A DNA stretch of 64,000 nucleotides from Giardia intestinalis. Its lineage: Eukaryota. The notes below the pieces were generated by a model that was not told the DNA's origin, did no database searches, and saw only the letters and a list, made by a program, of their open reading frames with translations. Below, piece after piece: positions 38,222-49,682 of this stretch (positions are counted from its first letter, which is position 1; each line of letters begins with the position of its first letter). The position numbers and the translations under genes were made by a program. The stretch is from assembly GCA_000002435.2 (NCBI GenBank), contig CM018793.1. One strand, written 5' to 3'.

Positions 38222-40777
38222 ATGGTTGCACCGACCTCTCAGGGCCAACAAGAGGCCGAGAGCTCCACTAGCGTGGTAGAAATAACAACCGGGACTACTG
38301 TTCATCATATTACCATCCCAGCCAGACCTAGGGCTGCCAAGTCGCCGCCTTTGAGATCGGCAGTTGAAAACTTGATGAAGGGGGGTATCTTTTCAACAGC
38401 CCAGCATACAGGCTCAGAAGAGGCAGCTACAAGGGGTCTATCTAGGGGATCGGGAGCTAAATCGTCCCTGGGAGACAATGGAAGATCTTGTACCAGGAAA
38501 AAGCGGTCCAGAAGCACGATCTTGAATATGAGGAAGGAGCTTGACGATATCCTAGCGCCACTAGGACCCCCTGAGGGCTCTTCTGTTGCAAGCCCGAGAT
38601 CAGGCCAAAATATACGATCGGTTTCTCCTCTGGTTGCAGTTAATAACATAGATGATACCGACACTGCAGCAATGGGTGGGAGGACTAAACTGATGATGGC
38701 TGCTATTGTAGATGACGTACTCGCTGTACAGAAATACATCACTGAACAAGGGCAGCGCACTCCAGACGGAAGGACAGCTCTCATGCTTGCAGCTGAACAT
38801 GGATCAATTGCGTGTATCGATCAGTTGATCCCCTGGGAGTCCGGTCTGGTTAGCAATAATGGGTGGACAGCAATAATGTATGCCATCGCGGCACAGAAGT
38901 TGCAGGCAGTGGAGCTCCTGGCTAGAAAGCCAAAGGAGCTGACCTCGACAACAGCAGACGGACGAACTCCGCTTATCCTGGCCGCTGAGATTGGCAGCGA
39001 GGAAGTTGTACAGCTATTTCTGGAGTCCAGACTCATTGGAATGACAACAGCTGACGGCAGAACAGCACTTATGCAAGCCGCGTGGAATAGGCATTTAGAT
39101 TGTGTTCGTTGGTTAGCAAAAAAGGAGGGTGGAATACAAGACTCAGAAGGGAAAACGGCTCTTATGCTGGCCATTGAGGGGAGATCTATCAATAGGCAAC
39201 AACACGATAAGGCCAGGACACAGGATTTCGTTAATCTGCTGGCTAGTGAAATGGGCAAAACCACAGCCGACGGAACTACGGCACTAATGTGTGCTGTGCT
39301 GAACAATGAAGAGGATAGTATCCCTCTGCTCAAGAGTGAGCTCATGAAGAGGCAAAGGAGTGGACGCACTGCATTGATTCTGGCCGCCAGACAAGGCACA
39401 CTTACAAGTCTTCATGATTTGCTGCCTGAAGCTGGAAGTAGGGACGGCTCTGGAAAACCAGCTTTATATTATGCACTGGAAGGGCGAAACATGACTCATG
39501 TGAGGGAGTTATCTGCAGAGTATAATATGACGATTGATGACGATGTGTCCATGCTCATGTCGGCAATAATTTTCGGCAATGAAGAGGCAGCCCTTCTCAT
39601 ACTGAAGGAGCTACAAAAGCAATCACTTACTACCCCAGCCAAAGGTCCTTTGCCCCCGTTGCATGTTCCAGTTACCGAAAGAGAGCAGAAGACAGCCCTG
39701 ATTCTTGCCGTCGAGGCAGGAAGTCTCGCACTGGTGAAGGAGTTATCCCTTACAGAGCATTCTTTTCAAGATGTTAAGGGGACCACGGCTCTGATGTACG
39801 CTGCAGAACGAGAGTTTTGTGATGCAATTAAGATTCTCTTGCCTTTGGAGGAGCACATGAAAAACGTTGCAGGCCACACAGCACTCATTCAGATGGCCAT
39901 GAATAACAACATCCTTGCCGTATCCTTCCTTCTCTCAGAGGCCTGTGACACTGACAATTCTGGAATGACAGCGCTTATGCACGCAGCACATTTGGGGCAC
40001 CATAATATAGTGAGCATTCTTCTCAGTAGCAACGAGGTCGGGATGGTCGACACCCATGGGATGACGGCCCTCATGCACGCTGCCATGAACGGCCATACAC
40101 AGTGCGTCTCTCTCTTGGCCCCGAAGGAGCACCATTACGCGCGGATGTACCGCTTATTGAAGGATAGCAATACTGGCATGACTGATGAGCAGGTGTGGTC
40201 CCACCAAAGTTTCTATTCCGGCCGGACGGCATTAATTATAGCGGCCATGTATAATTCGCTGGACTGTGTCAAGCAACTAATTCCTTGGGAAGCCTGGGTT
40301 CTCAATGAATACAATCGACTTCCCTCTACAGTGATAAATATAGGAACTTATTCTAACGACATTCAGGACGCTCTTACCATTCGAGGCATTCATAGATTAA
40401 TGAAAATGTATTATGCAAGACGGCGTAATGAGCTGGGGTCCTGCAACATCTGCCTCAACAAGATCTCTAGCATGAAGTGCTACCCGTGTAATCACACTGT
40501 TTGTTGCGAGGAGTGTGCTGAGAGGCTAATGACAACAAAAAAGCCATGTCCCCTTTGCAGACGGCCAATCCTGTTCTGGATCACAGAGTGTTATGATTTG
40601 GCCACTATGTCATTTACTCTAGCCCCAAATTTCGAATGGATCGACCTCCCAAGCGACGACGACGATGACGACAGTGATAGAAAACATTCCAAAGATGAGG
40701 ATACTGATGACGAGCTGTATGTCAATATACACTTGGACCACGAGATAGAAGTCTCATCGTATTCATGGTTTCACTAG
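38222..40777 (+). CDS. ankyrin-repeat protein with C-terminal C3HC4 RING finger (putative E3 ubiquitin ligase; Giardia 21.1-like family)
   Basis: About 15 ankyrin repeats (GRTALMLAAEHG, GWTAIMYAIA, GMTALMHAA...); CNICLNKISSMKCYPCNHTVCCEECAERLMTTKKPCPLCRRPI RING; acidic C-terminal tail. Confidence 0.85.
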   Translation: MVAPTSQGQQEAESSTSVVEITTGTTVHHITIPARPRAAKSPPLRSAVENLMKGGIFSTAQHTGSEEAATRGLSRGSGAKSSLGDNGRSCTRKKRSRSTILNMRKELDDILAPLGPPEGSSVASPRSGQNIRSVSPLVAVNNIDDTDTAAMGGRTKLMMAAIVDDVLAVQKYITEQGQRTPDGRTALMLAAEHGSIACIDQLIPWESGLVSNNGWTAIMYAIAAQKLQAVELLARKPKELTSTTADGRTPLILAAEIGSEEVVQLFLESRLIGMTTADGRTALMQAAWNRHLDCVRWLAKKEGGIQDSEGKTALMLAIEGRSINRQQHDKARTQDFVNLLASEMGKTTADGTTALMCAVLNNEEDSIPLLKSELMKRQRSGRTALILAARQGTLTSLHDLLPEAGSRDGSGKPALYYALEGRNMTHVRELSAEYNMTIDDDVSMLMSAIIFGNEEAALLILKELQKQSLTTPAKGPLPPLHVPVTEREQKTALILAVEAGSLALVKELSLTEHSFQDVKGTTALMYAAEREFCDAIKILLPLEEHMKNVAGHTALIQMAMNNNILAVSFLLSEACDTDNSGMTALMHAAHLGHHNIVSILLSSNEVGMVDTHGMTALMHAAMNGHTQCVSLLAPKEHHYARMYRLLKDSNTGMTDEQVWSHQSFYSGRTALIIAAMYNSLDCVKQLIPWEAWVLNEYNRLPSTVINIGTYSNDIQDALTIRGIHRLMKMYYARRRNELGSCNICLNKISSMKCYPCNHTVCCEECAERLMTTKKPCPLCRRPILFWITECYDLATMSFTLAPNFEWIDLPSDDDDDDSDRKHSKDEDTDDELYVNIHLDHEIEVSSYSWFH

Positions 40778-41013
40778 ACTCTCTCAGCTCCAAGACATGG
40801 ATACAATGCTTAGAATATTTCAGCTAGAACCCCAAGATCGCTTCTTAAGTGTAGTAACAATTTCGGCCCTAAAAGTCTGAACCTGCTGAACATAGCTATC
40901 ATCTAATGGTAACAGCTCATTTTGAAATCTAGACACTTCTCCAAATACTCCAAACATTGAATATTTTACAACCAACGCAGAGAGTGTGTCATACCATGGC
41001 GGGTACAAAACCC

Positions 41014-44000
41014 TTACTTGCGAAGAAGAATGTTTGCCCAGAGCCTCCCAACGGACCGAAGGTCTTTGCTCAAGAACTCTATGTCTTTGAGCCACGAGTC
41101 CACCGGTACTTCTAGAACATTTCCAATAACTACTAGAGCCTGCTCGATTAGATCCAACGGGGGCGAGAATACATGTAGAGATTTGGCATATTCTGTTGGT
41201 GGAAGAAGATCCATATAGGGCGTAATGCGAATGAGGTACGACTCGTCTGTGTATAACGAGTACGTAAGAATTTGTTCCTCATGTCTCTTTTCTGCATAAT
41301 TGAGGAGGGACAAGTAGATAGCATTGGACTTATTCGACAGCTGATCAGATTGAGCCACAATTGCAGCATAGAGGAGGCACACCCGCATAGAAAAATCACA
41401 TACAGTGTCCTTCTTAATAGGATGCTCCATTTCAGACAGCAGATGGACATAGCTGCTCACAAGCGCCTTCTTACAGATGGCGCGCAAGAAGTTTATGTAG
41501 ACCGTACGGATTATCCTGCAAGTAGACTGTGGGATATTAATGAGAACACCGGATTCTCTCATCAGAATCCACCCAGAGGCAGCAGTGTAGTTCATTATCG
41601 GCGATCTGTCATTGTACACGCCTGCGAGCCACTGCTGGGACGAAATGACGCCATCCTCTGTGTATGCAACATGGTTGAAGTAGGAACAGGCTGCCCCTAA
41701 AAGCAGGCCTAGAATTTGTGCGTCTGACAACAGGCCGTGAGAGCCTTTTTGGAGCATGGCTAGAAAGATGAATACTTGCCTTAGAACCAGGATAGACCGT
41801 GAGCTGCAGTAGTAGGTGCTGGAAACCTCATTGGTCGTGAGCTTATAGCAAAGATCTGAGAGAGACTGGGGAGGTATCTTATAGTGCGACAACTCAAAGT
41901 ATTGAATACAGGAAAAAAGAAGCCTGAAGAGCTTTTTATGGTTTGACACGTTACTCCTAAACGTGTACAACGTATGTTCTAGCTTCTCGGGCCTCTCTGC
42001 CTCCAACTTTTCATCTGAGACACTTCCATTCAAAATGATATTAGCCCAATAAGAGGCCATAGCCTCGTTGGTCATCTTCTTGAAGTTCTTGCTTACCTTG
42101 GCTGGAAAAAGCGTTCCAGTTGTGTAATCCTGGTAATCTTCGCATCCTTGAGAAAAGAAGCTATGAGGGTACTGGCTATACACATCTTCATTGATTTTCA
42201 TTATAAAATGCTCTGTGTCGACTATTTTTGATCTAGAAATAATAATGGACTTTAAAAACGCCTTTTCACTGGCAGAAAGCTCCTCGATGGTCTTGTAATT
42301 CTTCTCCGGTATCTGAGGCGTTGGGCAGGCAAGATACTGTCCTCGTACCTTTACGCGCTGGCCTATCTTAGCTTGTCGGACCATGTCGTCTGCACTGAAG
42401 CTGTCACGAACGAGCGAGTAGGACAGATGCCCCCCATCGTCTGTTATAGAATCCCGCGCACAAAACGTACCGGACAAGAAGGCGTCGACGGCATTATCAA
42501 TACTCTGCTCTATATGAGTGACCGATGAACGAAGGTCTGACAAATAGTTGTTAATGTTCATCGTCTCCTTCCTGCTCCTGTCGTCATACTTGTTCAGCAA
42601 AGGATTTCTGAGAGATGCGTTGTTCCTCTTTCCTATTAGATGACCAAAGAAGTAGTGGATTGTCTCCAAATGAATATCCTGGTCTCGAACAAAGAGTTGG
42701 TGCTGTATCTGTCTCATGAACATTTCTTTCAGATACAGTCTGATCAGCTTTTTCTGCGAGTTCGTGATAGCATCTGTGTTCAGAAGATCGATGGACAGGG
42801 CCAGAAGCTGCTGATGGGTCTCTTGCACTAAAAACCTAGATTTATACTGTAGCGGTGGCTTTATATCACCAGAGGGGGTATAATTGATCTCGTGTGCTGG
42901 CAAATAGAGAGCTATAATGTTGGGTATGTGCATTATCGTGTATGGATTCGAAGTAACCGTGTCGACTATCTCCTTGGTCTCAACTGCGTCACGCTTCAAT
43001 GCAAACACATTTGTTATCAAGTCTTCTGCCATCTTGTCGCTCCGGCACGGCTTTGCAAGACAGAAAAAGGTGTTATAGACATATTCCATGAAGCCGATGC
43101 GCGAACGCTGGTACTTTTCCAAGAGGATATGTGATATGTAATGCGACACGCTTATCTCTGCGTCCCTTAGGCACCGGATGAATAGTTTTTTGTACCCCTG
43201 AAGATCTCCGTCAGAGTGGGGCAGAGACAGTAGGGAGATAACTGTTTCAGTCACCGAATTGTATATCTCTGTAGAGAAGATAGGCGTTTTTATAAACCAG
43301 GCGTAGTAGACACGAATCAGAATGTCTTTCATTTGAGTCGTATCTGTCGCCACTGCTACTTCATTTTGATATGCAGCTGCATCAGTAAGAAAGAATAACT
43401 GCTGATTGCCCGCTCCCGTCTGTGTGATGTATATATTAAAGAGGTGTCTTGAGCGCTTATTGAACAAGATCTCGCAAAACCTGGCCGCCATCTTGGGTCG
43501 CACAACGGGTTCAAATGTTATTGTGCAGGTCACCAAATTGGCTAGGGGAGCGAAAATCCATATCTTTTGATACACCTTAACCGGTAGAAATACATTGAGG
43601 AAGGTAAGGAAACGTGTCAGTAGCGTCACTGAAAGATATTTCACATTAAGGACAGTAATTACTTCCAGCAGATTTTCTGTCCACTTCGTAAAAGTTGATT
43701 CTTGGCACAGCATATATAAGCACTTCCGCGATGTCACAGTGGACTCCAGAACCTTGAGGAACCTGCTGCGCACGGTGCAATTGATGAAGATTGTCATGAT
43801 TATGTTGAACACAGCGACAACGGAAAGAGCATGTATAAGTACATTGCTGGTGTATCCGGAAGAGGTAGAGACGTAGTTTGGCTCGGAGTTAAACTCATAG
43901 ATGAGACCCAGCAAATAGATCACACAAAGTGGGGGAATGCAGAGCTTTGCGTAGAAGGTTGCATGTACGGGGGAAAAGGCAAATGAAGTAAACAGGAGGC

Positions 44001-44322
44001 AGAGAAAGATGGGCTGGAAAATGTCGATAAAAAGAAATATCGTTCTAATATAGTAGTAAAACATCTCGGAGATAAAGACCCCAGCATTCTGCAGTAAGTT
44101 TAGAAACATGTATGTAATAATTGGAAGGTAGCTCAGTGTCACGATCGCAAAGAGCAGGGCGCTAGAGTAGGGATAGTGCACGGAGTCTTCGGAGCGTCTT
44201 GTGCGAAAGCTTAAAATTTGTCTTATCACCCGCGCATACCCAGCGATGTAAAATGCTAATGAGATGAATATCCACTCCTCAACTACCAGGCGCGCTATGC
44301 CGTGCGGCTCCAGCTCTGCCAT
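41014..44322 (-). CDS. large membrane protein (1102 aa): N-terminal multi-TM domain plus large soluble domain, hypothetical
   Basis: Six or more hydrophobic helices in the first ~300 aa, remainder hydrophilic; no motif recognised. Confidence 0.65.
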   Translation of the reverse strand: MAELEPHGIARLVVEEWIFISLAFYIAGYARVIRQILSFRTRRSEDSVHYPYSSALLFAIVTLSYLPIITYMFLNLLQNAGVFISEMFYYYIRTIFLFIDIFQPIFLCLLFTSFAFSPVHATFYAKLCIPPLCVIYLLGLIYEFNSEPNYVSTSSGYTSNVLIHALSVVAVFNIIMTIFINCTVRSRFLKVLESTVTSRKCLYMLCQESTFTKWTENLLEVITVLNVKYLSVTLLTRFLTFLNVFLPVKVYQKIWIFAPLANLVTCTITFEPVVRPKMAARFCEILFNKRSRHLFNIYITQTGAGNQQLFFLTDAAAYQNEVAVATDTTQMKDILIRVYYAWFIKTPIFSTEIYNSVTETVISLLSLPHSDGDLQGYKKLFIRCLRDAEISVSHYISHILLEKYQRSRIGFMEYVYNTFFCLAKPCRSDKMAEDLITNVFALKRDAVETKEIVDTVTSNPYTIMHIPNIIALYLPAHEINYTPSGDIKPPLQYKSRFLVQETHQQLLALSIDLLNTDAITNSQKKLIRLYLKEMFMRQIQHQLFVRDQDIHLETIHYFFGHLIGKRNNASLRNPLLNKYDDRSRKETMNINNYLSDLRSSVTHIEQSIDNAVDAFLSGTFCARDSITDDGGHLSYSLVRDSFSADDMVRQAKIGQRVKVRGQYLACPTPQIPEKNYKTIEELSASEKAFLKSIIISRSKIVDTEHFIMKINEDVYSQYPHSFFSQGCEDYQDYTTGTLFPAKVSKNFKKMTNEAMASYWANIILNGSVSDEKLEAERPEKLEHTLYTFRSNVSNHKKLFRLLFSCIQYFELSHYKIPPQSLSDLCYKLTTNEVSSTYYCSSRSILVLRQVFIFLAMLQKGSHGLLSDAQILGLLLGAACSYFNHVAYTEDGVISSQQWLAGVYNDRSPIMNYTAASGWILMRESGVLINIPQSTCRIIRTVYINFLRAICKKALVSSYVHLLSEMEHPIKKDTVCDFSMRVCLLYAAIVAQSDQLSNKSNAIYLSLLNYAEKRHEEQILTYSLYTDESYLIRITPYMDLLPPTEYAKSLHVFSPPLDLIEQALVVIGNVLEVPVDSWLKDIEFLSKDLRSVGRLWANILLRK

Positions 44323-44489
44323 GCGCCTGCCAATAAATAATCGGCCAAAAAAGAGGACACAATAGATTAAAAAGTAATGTAAGTCAGGAAAAATGCATAA
44401 AAATTATGAAATGCCATGAACGCTAAAACATCATAGGCACCTTTCCGAGGAGCTAGAAGCTAGAGGAATGCACGGCTTGCACAGCCGGG

Positions 44490-45827
44490 TTATACGATGT
44501 TGCGCTTAAACTCCAAGCCATTGCGCAGCACCGAAATGAGATTGTTCAGCTTTCCTCGGTCAAATCTATTGTACTTATGTATAACATACTCGCTCTCTTT
44601 CACGGTGAGTACTCGCCCAGACACACCGTCTATGGTTGTTATATCTCCATATGTGGCGTCTATCAATTCAACAAAGTGGAATGCATACTCGCAAAGAGCT
44701 CTAGGGCTCACTTTTGCGAAATTTTTGGGCAGTAACGCACACTCCTCCAACGGCGCTTGTACCATTAGCGTGAACTCCCCAGCCTTCAGTTTGGCCACAA
44801 CAGTTTCTCGCTTGATTCTCTCGGCGGTTCTGGTGTTTCTTAAAACATTGGTAATGTGAAAGCATGAAAACGGCAACAGCATGCAACCAACAGCACCATG
44901 CATCAAGCAAGAGAGTACATGAATGGGGACGGAATTGATGAGCCAAAGTGCCATAAACTTAACAGATATCTTCTTAGACCAGGCTAGGCTCAGCACAGGG
45001 AGACCAGGAAGCGTTAGGACTCGATAAATGGTTAGAGCATTAATGAGCGCAGTGTTAATGAGTGCCACGGATGTAAAAAAGAGAAACCCGTTGAACCACA
45101 GAAGATTGTTTCTGCCTATGCAGCTATTAGTCCAGATGCAGTGGTGATCAAAGTCCAGCACACACCTTGAGCAAACGCCGCAGTGATGAGAACGAGGCGG
45201 TCGAGGAACCATGCATGTAGAGCATACTTTTCTGGGGTACAAAAAGGTGTCATATGCACTGTCGGACTCCAGGTCCGAAGCCTCCTTTCGGGCGTCAACC
45301 TCCGGGTCTGTCACACCAACAGAATTGTTAGCACCAGTGCTAGATTTATCTGGTGCCACGGTTCCAGGATCCAGCAGGCATGCCAGCGCAAAGGAGGTTG
45401 CTGATAAAATATTAAAGGCAGGTACACTGACCATACGAACCTTACCAACTATACTAACCTTACTAGGGCTAGACGAGTAGGGGGATAAATTTAAAAGCGC
45501 TCGGGTCCATTGATACGCGCCTTCCTCTCCACTTCTTTCTGGGATGATTACTGTTAGAGGTCCTAGAATAGTTTTGAAAAAAGAATACATGGACATGATG
45601 AAGAGCAGCCAATAGAAACATACGACAAAGCAGTTGCGTCGCTGAAATAAGAGCTGGTCAAGGTTCAGAACACACACACCCTTCCTATTTCTCTCTAAAC
45701 ACAAAAGACATTGCCTCAACCTATAGAGGCGCGACGTACGCGGTGCTGCAGCTGCAATGTTGCCAATAAGCACCCCGAACGCAAGAGATAACGGCGCTGC
45801 TATGACTAGAAAGACCAATATGGCCAT
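44490..45827 (-). CDS. DHHC-CRD protein S-palmitoyltransferase
   Basis: CSTCMVPRPPRSHHCGVCSRCVLDFDHHCIWTNSCIGRNN (DHHC cysteine-rich domain) flanked by TM helices. Confidence 0.9.
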   Translation of the reverse strand: MAILVFLVIAAPLSLAFGVLIGNIAAAAPRTSRLYRLRQCLLCLERNRKGVCVLNLDQLLFQRRNCFVVCFYWLLFIMSMYSFFKTILGPLTVIIPERSGEEGAYQWTRALLNLSPYSSSPSKVSIVGKVRMVSVPAFNILSATSFALACLLDPGTVAPDKSSTGANNSVGVTDPEVDARKEASDLESDSAYDTFLYPRKVCSTCMVPRPPRSHHCGVCSRCVLDFDHHCIWTNSCIGRNNLLWFNGFLFFTSVALINTALINALTIYRVLTLPGLPVLSLAWSKKISVKFMALWLINSVPIHVLSCLMHGAVGCMLLPFSCFHITNVLRNTRTAERIKRETVVAKLKAGEFTLMVQAPLEECALLPKNFAKVSPRALCEYAFHFVELIDATYGDITTIDGVSGRVLTVKESEYVIHKYNRFDRGKLNNLISVLRNGLEFKRNIV

Positions 45828-45857
45828 CGAATTTTATACATTTATAAAAAGTAGAGA
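45828..45857. promoter_or_regulatory. 30-bp AT-rich bidirectional promoter between the DHHC gene and the coiled-coil gene
   Basis: cgaattttatacatttataaaaagtagaga lies between divergent ATGs at 45827 (minus) and 45858 (plus). Confidence 0.5.
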
Positions 45858-48800
45858 ATGCCTCCAGATCCGAGCATGATCACAAAGCTTTTGCAGCAGG
45901 CCGAAGTGGCCTCGGCCCAGCTAGGAAGCACACAATCAAAGCTAAGTCTCAATAAAGCCACTAAGGTCTCAAAGCGGGCCACAACCACGATCACAACCAC
46001 GGCCACAGCAGTCCCCCCACCGGTGCTTCCAGAAGAGGAGGAGCACGGCGATGTCATGACATCAACGATGGAGCACCTTCTGCGAAACCGGGGATATGAG
46101 TATCTCACTGAACAGAATGAGTTAGCCCAAAAGAGCAAAGAGGACGCCCGCATTCTAGTTGAGCAAGGGGCGAAGGAGTTTTTCTATGGCAAAGATCTTC
46201 CGCCGATCAGCTTAACGCAAGACCCGGAACGCTACGTCAACAAGGTTTTATCAGATAACTCAGCGTTTTACTCGAACATCAGAGAGTCGTCTATCACCAA
46301 CAAAGGCAACACTAAACCAGGCTGCACTTTAGAGAACACTGTAAGGAAATGCAGCTCTGTTTTATCTGATGCATCGAGCAACCCTGACACAGTCTCAGCG
46401 AGCGGCACAACAGGATCTACTCATACAGGAAGGGCTTCTAAAGAACCAGGCGCAGTCAGGCAACGCAATCATCGCACACTCGCTACGTCTCTTAATATCG
46501 TACAGAAACTGCTTAACGAACCAGTCACTCGAAAGCAGTCTATATTTACACTTTCTCAGCGCCACTTCCTCACAGCAGACTTCCTCATGGGCGACATAAT
46601 CGATGCTTTAGCATCTGACTCCCGTGAGATGCGAGGTGCAATGGAGATGGCCAGGAAGATCTACACCTCAGCTTATTCAGATAACAAGTGTGGAGACTTT
46701 CTGCTGTCGGCGGAAATAGTACGCCTGAAGCAGGAGTTACACGAAACAAAAATAGCATTAGAAAAGCAGAGACAACGGGCAATTGTCTTGCTCACAGCCA
46801 TGGATGACCGGCGCAAGCTGGACCAAAAGAGAGCAGAAGAAACCGTCAAGAAGGTGGAGGAGCAGAGGGCCATAGAGGTCAATGCTGCAATGCAGCGGAC
46901 TCGTGACTACGGTGAGCAGGTGCGTATACTGCGGGCTGTCATTGAAGCAATTAAAAATGACCAGCAAGTGAAGGAAGTAGAGACCCTCAAGCAGAACCTG
47001 GATTCCTCGCGTGCGCTTACCAGGGAGTTGGAAGGCAAAAACGTGCAGCTCATGGAATCTCTTCAAACACTGCAGGCAGCGTACAGCGATCTTCAGATGG
47101 AGCATCAAGAGGCTGGAGCTGTAATAATGCAGCTGAGAGCAGAGCTAAAGGCTGCTAACAACGAGAGGGAGTACTGTAAGGGTTGTTCGAGTAGGATCAT
47201 AGAGAGGTCCAAATACGTCGGTTCTGAGATAACTAATCGCGTAGAGAGGCTGGAAGCTGTCAGTGCCATACTCTCTGGACTGCAGGTCAATAAGGAAAAG
47301 CTTCAGATGTCTATTGATAACCCAGGAGTGTCAGAGTATCTCTACGAAAAAGAGAAAGTAGTGTCTTCCTTCTTCGATGATTTAAGGGCAGCGGAGAAAG
47401 AGAAGCTGCACCTCCTGCAGCAGGAGCCGCCTGATGCTCAAGCCGAGCATCCCGAAGGACAGAACAAAGGGGCCTCTGTCGTCGACAGAGTAGACGAGTC
47501 GTATTACCTTATTGATCTCAGCAAGTTGGCACGCTCACTCTGTCTTATAGAAATGCGCCTGGAAGCGGCGCCAAAGCTTCAGCAGTTAGACGATGAAATA
47601 ACTGCTCTGCGGTACGAAAACAACAGGCTCAAGAACGTTGAGCAAGAGCTCACCGAGCTAAGGAAGGTATACCGATCTGTTATTTCTCGCACCCAGGCTA
47701 TAGAGCCCAAGGCTTCGGGTGCTGACACAGAAGCGGACCCCAAGGGGGACTCTACAAAGGAAACTCAGGGCGCTTCAGCCGGAAAGATAGAGGGGTCGCA
47801 CTTAGCATCAGCTCAGAACCAAGGTATCTACGAGAACTCTGTGACTCTTCTGCGCGAGCAGCCCTTGCAACTGCTTATATCTAAAAATTTCAAGATACAG
47901 CTAGTAGAAAGAGAAGACAGAGACAAGGAGGGATCAGAGCTTACAACAACACCAAACTACGTCTCCGCGGTTATTTTGAGCTTTCTCCGACACCTCTGCA
48001 TGTCCTCTTTCACATCAGATACGTCGATGTGCCGCCAGCTGACCGGGCGGTGCATGCCAAAAGCCGATGGCACACCCTATCCAACGACTTATCCCATACA
48101 GGCACTCTTTACGGGCTGGGTTCATGCGCAGTATCACATCGTTCCAGAAGATAGGAGGCAGTTTGAGGTCGAGCTACTTGTCAACAAGGTTTCTTGCTGT
48201 CTACAAGCCTTTCAATCTCTCACATCAGACATCTTTATTGAAGACGAGTCAATGCTGCTCTCCCTCGGCTCCCTACTATTAAACACCTCCATCAGCGCAG
48301 ACGAGGTGAGTTTCTTGATATACATTACCATTCTAACACACGGTGGCCTTCCAGACGCCCACCCTGTGCTTCTCCCTCACCTGGAGAAAGACGTAAAGAT
48401 AACCACAGCGTACATCTCCCTAAAACGAGCAATTAATATTATTCTTGCTACTGTCTCCAAAACTATTCAGAAGGGCTTTATCGAGTTCTTTATCCATCAA
48501 GGCCGGTCGACATCGCTGATAAAAGACGTCACGCTGGCCGACATCTCCTCTGGGAGGGTCTTCGTGGTCGACGTATACGAAAACCTGGATGGGGATGACC
48601 TTTATGACGCGGACATTCGTGAGATTTTTGCAGCCAACAAGGACTACTTCAGCGATACTGGAGCGGCGTCCTCCGCTACCGTTGGACTTTCCTCAAGTGT
48701 GGCATCACCCATCAAGAACCTACGGAACCGTGACGATCTAACACGAGTCTCCATCATTAACGCAAACTTCTTTTTGCTGTCCATGCTCAAGGCCTACCGG

Positions 48801-49664
48801 ACAGAGGTTATGACGCGCCTTGAAGCTACCAGACTGATGTATGCGGGAAGTCTTCTGGAGACCTCTACATTGTTGCGCTCTTCTAAGATGACCGCTCTTC
48901 CGGACACCATGAAATTCAGGATTGTGAGGGAGATAATAAGGATGATTAACCCCATCTGTGACGATAGCATGATTGATGCTGCTTATTTGGATGTCATTTG
49001 GAGGAGCCCGAGCGCCAACTGGAGCATCCTTGTCGACGCGTGCAAAACACGTGGCGTGTTTGCAAGCGCATTGAAGTTCCCGCCCATCGAGGTCATGATG
49101 CCTTTGGTGGGAGGCTACTATACAGGTGCTACAAACCCTGGGCTGTCATCTAACCCGGGTGTTGCTCCAGCAAGCATAGCGGCGTATGCAAATGACTACG
49201 ATACTATACTAAGCCAAGCAAGAAGCCTTTTTGACAAAGCAAAAGTGGCCCTTCTGCACCTGTCCAGCGCAATGGGAACGGAATCGGCTGTTTGCACCAG
49301 GTCCATTATTCAGGAAGTATCAAACATAGAGAGGACAGCGCTTACGTTTGACAATTTAGGCCTTGTCATTAGTGCCCTCAAAGCAACCCTGCTCTATGCA
49401 GTAGAGCTATCCTTCTCCGTCATTTCTGCCTGTGGAAGAGACTATGGAATAGAGTCTCTGTCTGTGCGTAAATCCCTTGCAGAAGGCAAGGGCGTGTCTC
49501 TTCGCAAGGTGGCCCGACAGCCGACAGAGATATGGATCGACAGCCTTTATTACCTCACAGGGGCCCTTGCAGCCTCCTTGGGGTGGGAGACGGACTCCGG
49601 CATGTGCGTGGCGAGCATGTCTATGAAACGGAAGCTATCATCTCGTGGAGAGTCGCGGGCGTAG
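45858..49664 (+). CDS. large coiled-coil protein (1268 aa), hypothetical
   Basis: Long heptad regions (aa ~280-640) then a helical globular C-terminal half. Confidence 0.7.
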   Translation: MPPDPSMITKLLQQAEVASAQLGSTQSKLSLNKATKVSKRATTTITTTATAVPPPVLPEEEEHGDVMTSTMEHLLRNRGYEYLTEQNELAQKSKEDARILVEQGAKEFFYGKDLPPISLTQDPERYVNKVLSDNSAFYSNIRESSITNKGNTKPGCTLENTVRKCSSVLSDASSNPDTVSASGTTGSTHTGRASKEPGAVRQRNHRTLATSLNIVQKLLNEPVTRKQSIFTLSQRHFLTADFLMGDIIDALASDSREMRGAMEMARKIYTSAYSDNKCGDFLLSAEIVRLKQELHETKIALEKQRQRAIVLLTAMDDRRKLDQKRAEETVKKVEEQRAIEVNAAMQRTRDYGEQVRILRAVIEAIKNDQQVKEVETLKQNLDSSRALTRELEGKNVQLMESLQTLQAAYSDLQMEHQEAGAVIMQLRAELKAANNEREYCKGCSSRIIERSKYVGSEITNRVERLEAVSAILSGLQVNKEKLQMSIDNPGVSEYLYEKEKVVSSFFDDLRAAEKEKLHLLQQEPPDAQAEHPEGQNKGASVVDRVDESYYLIDLSKLARSLCLIEMRLEAAPKLQQLDDEITALRYENNRLKNVEQELTELRKVYRSVISRTQAIEPKASGADTEADPKGDSTKETQGASAGKIEGSHLASAQNQGIYENSVTLLREQPLQLLISKNFKIQLVEREDRDKEGSELTTTPNYVSAVILSFLRHLCMSSFTSDTSMCRQLTGRCMPKADGTPYPTTYPIQALFTGWVHAQYHIVPEDRRQFEVELLVNKVSCCLQAFQSLTSDIFIEDESMLLSLGSLLLNTSISADEVSFLIYITILTHGGLPDAHPVLLPHLEKDVKITTAYISLKRAINIILATVSKTIQKGFIEFFIHQGRSTSLIKDVTLADISSGRVFVVDVYENLDGDDLYDADIREIFAANKDYFSDTGAASSATVGLSSSVASPIKNLRNRDDLTRVSIINANFFLLSMLKAYRTEVMTRLEATRLMYAGSLLETSTLLRSSKMTALPDTMKFRIVREIIRMINPICDDSMIDAAYLDVIWRSPSANWSILVDACKTRGVFASALKFPPIEVMMPLVGGYYTGATNPGLSSNPGVAPASIAAYANDYDTILSQARSLFDKAKVALLHLSSAMGTESAVCTRSIIQEVSNIERTALTFDNLGLVISALKATLLYAVELSFSVISACGRDYGIESLSVRKSLAEGKGVSLRKVARQPTEIWIDSLYYLTGALAASLGWETDSGMCVASMSMKRKLSSRGESRA

Positions 49665-49682
49665 CGGGGACGGTTTACTTGC

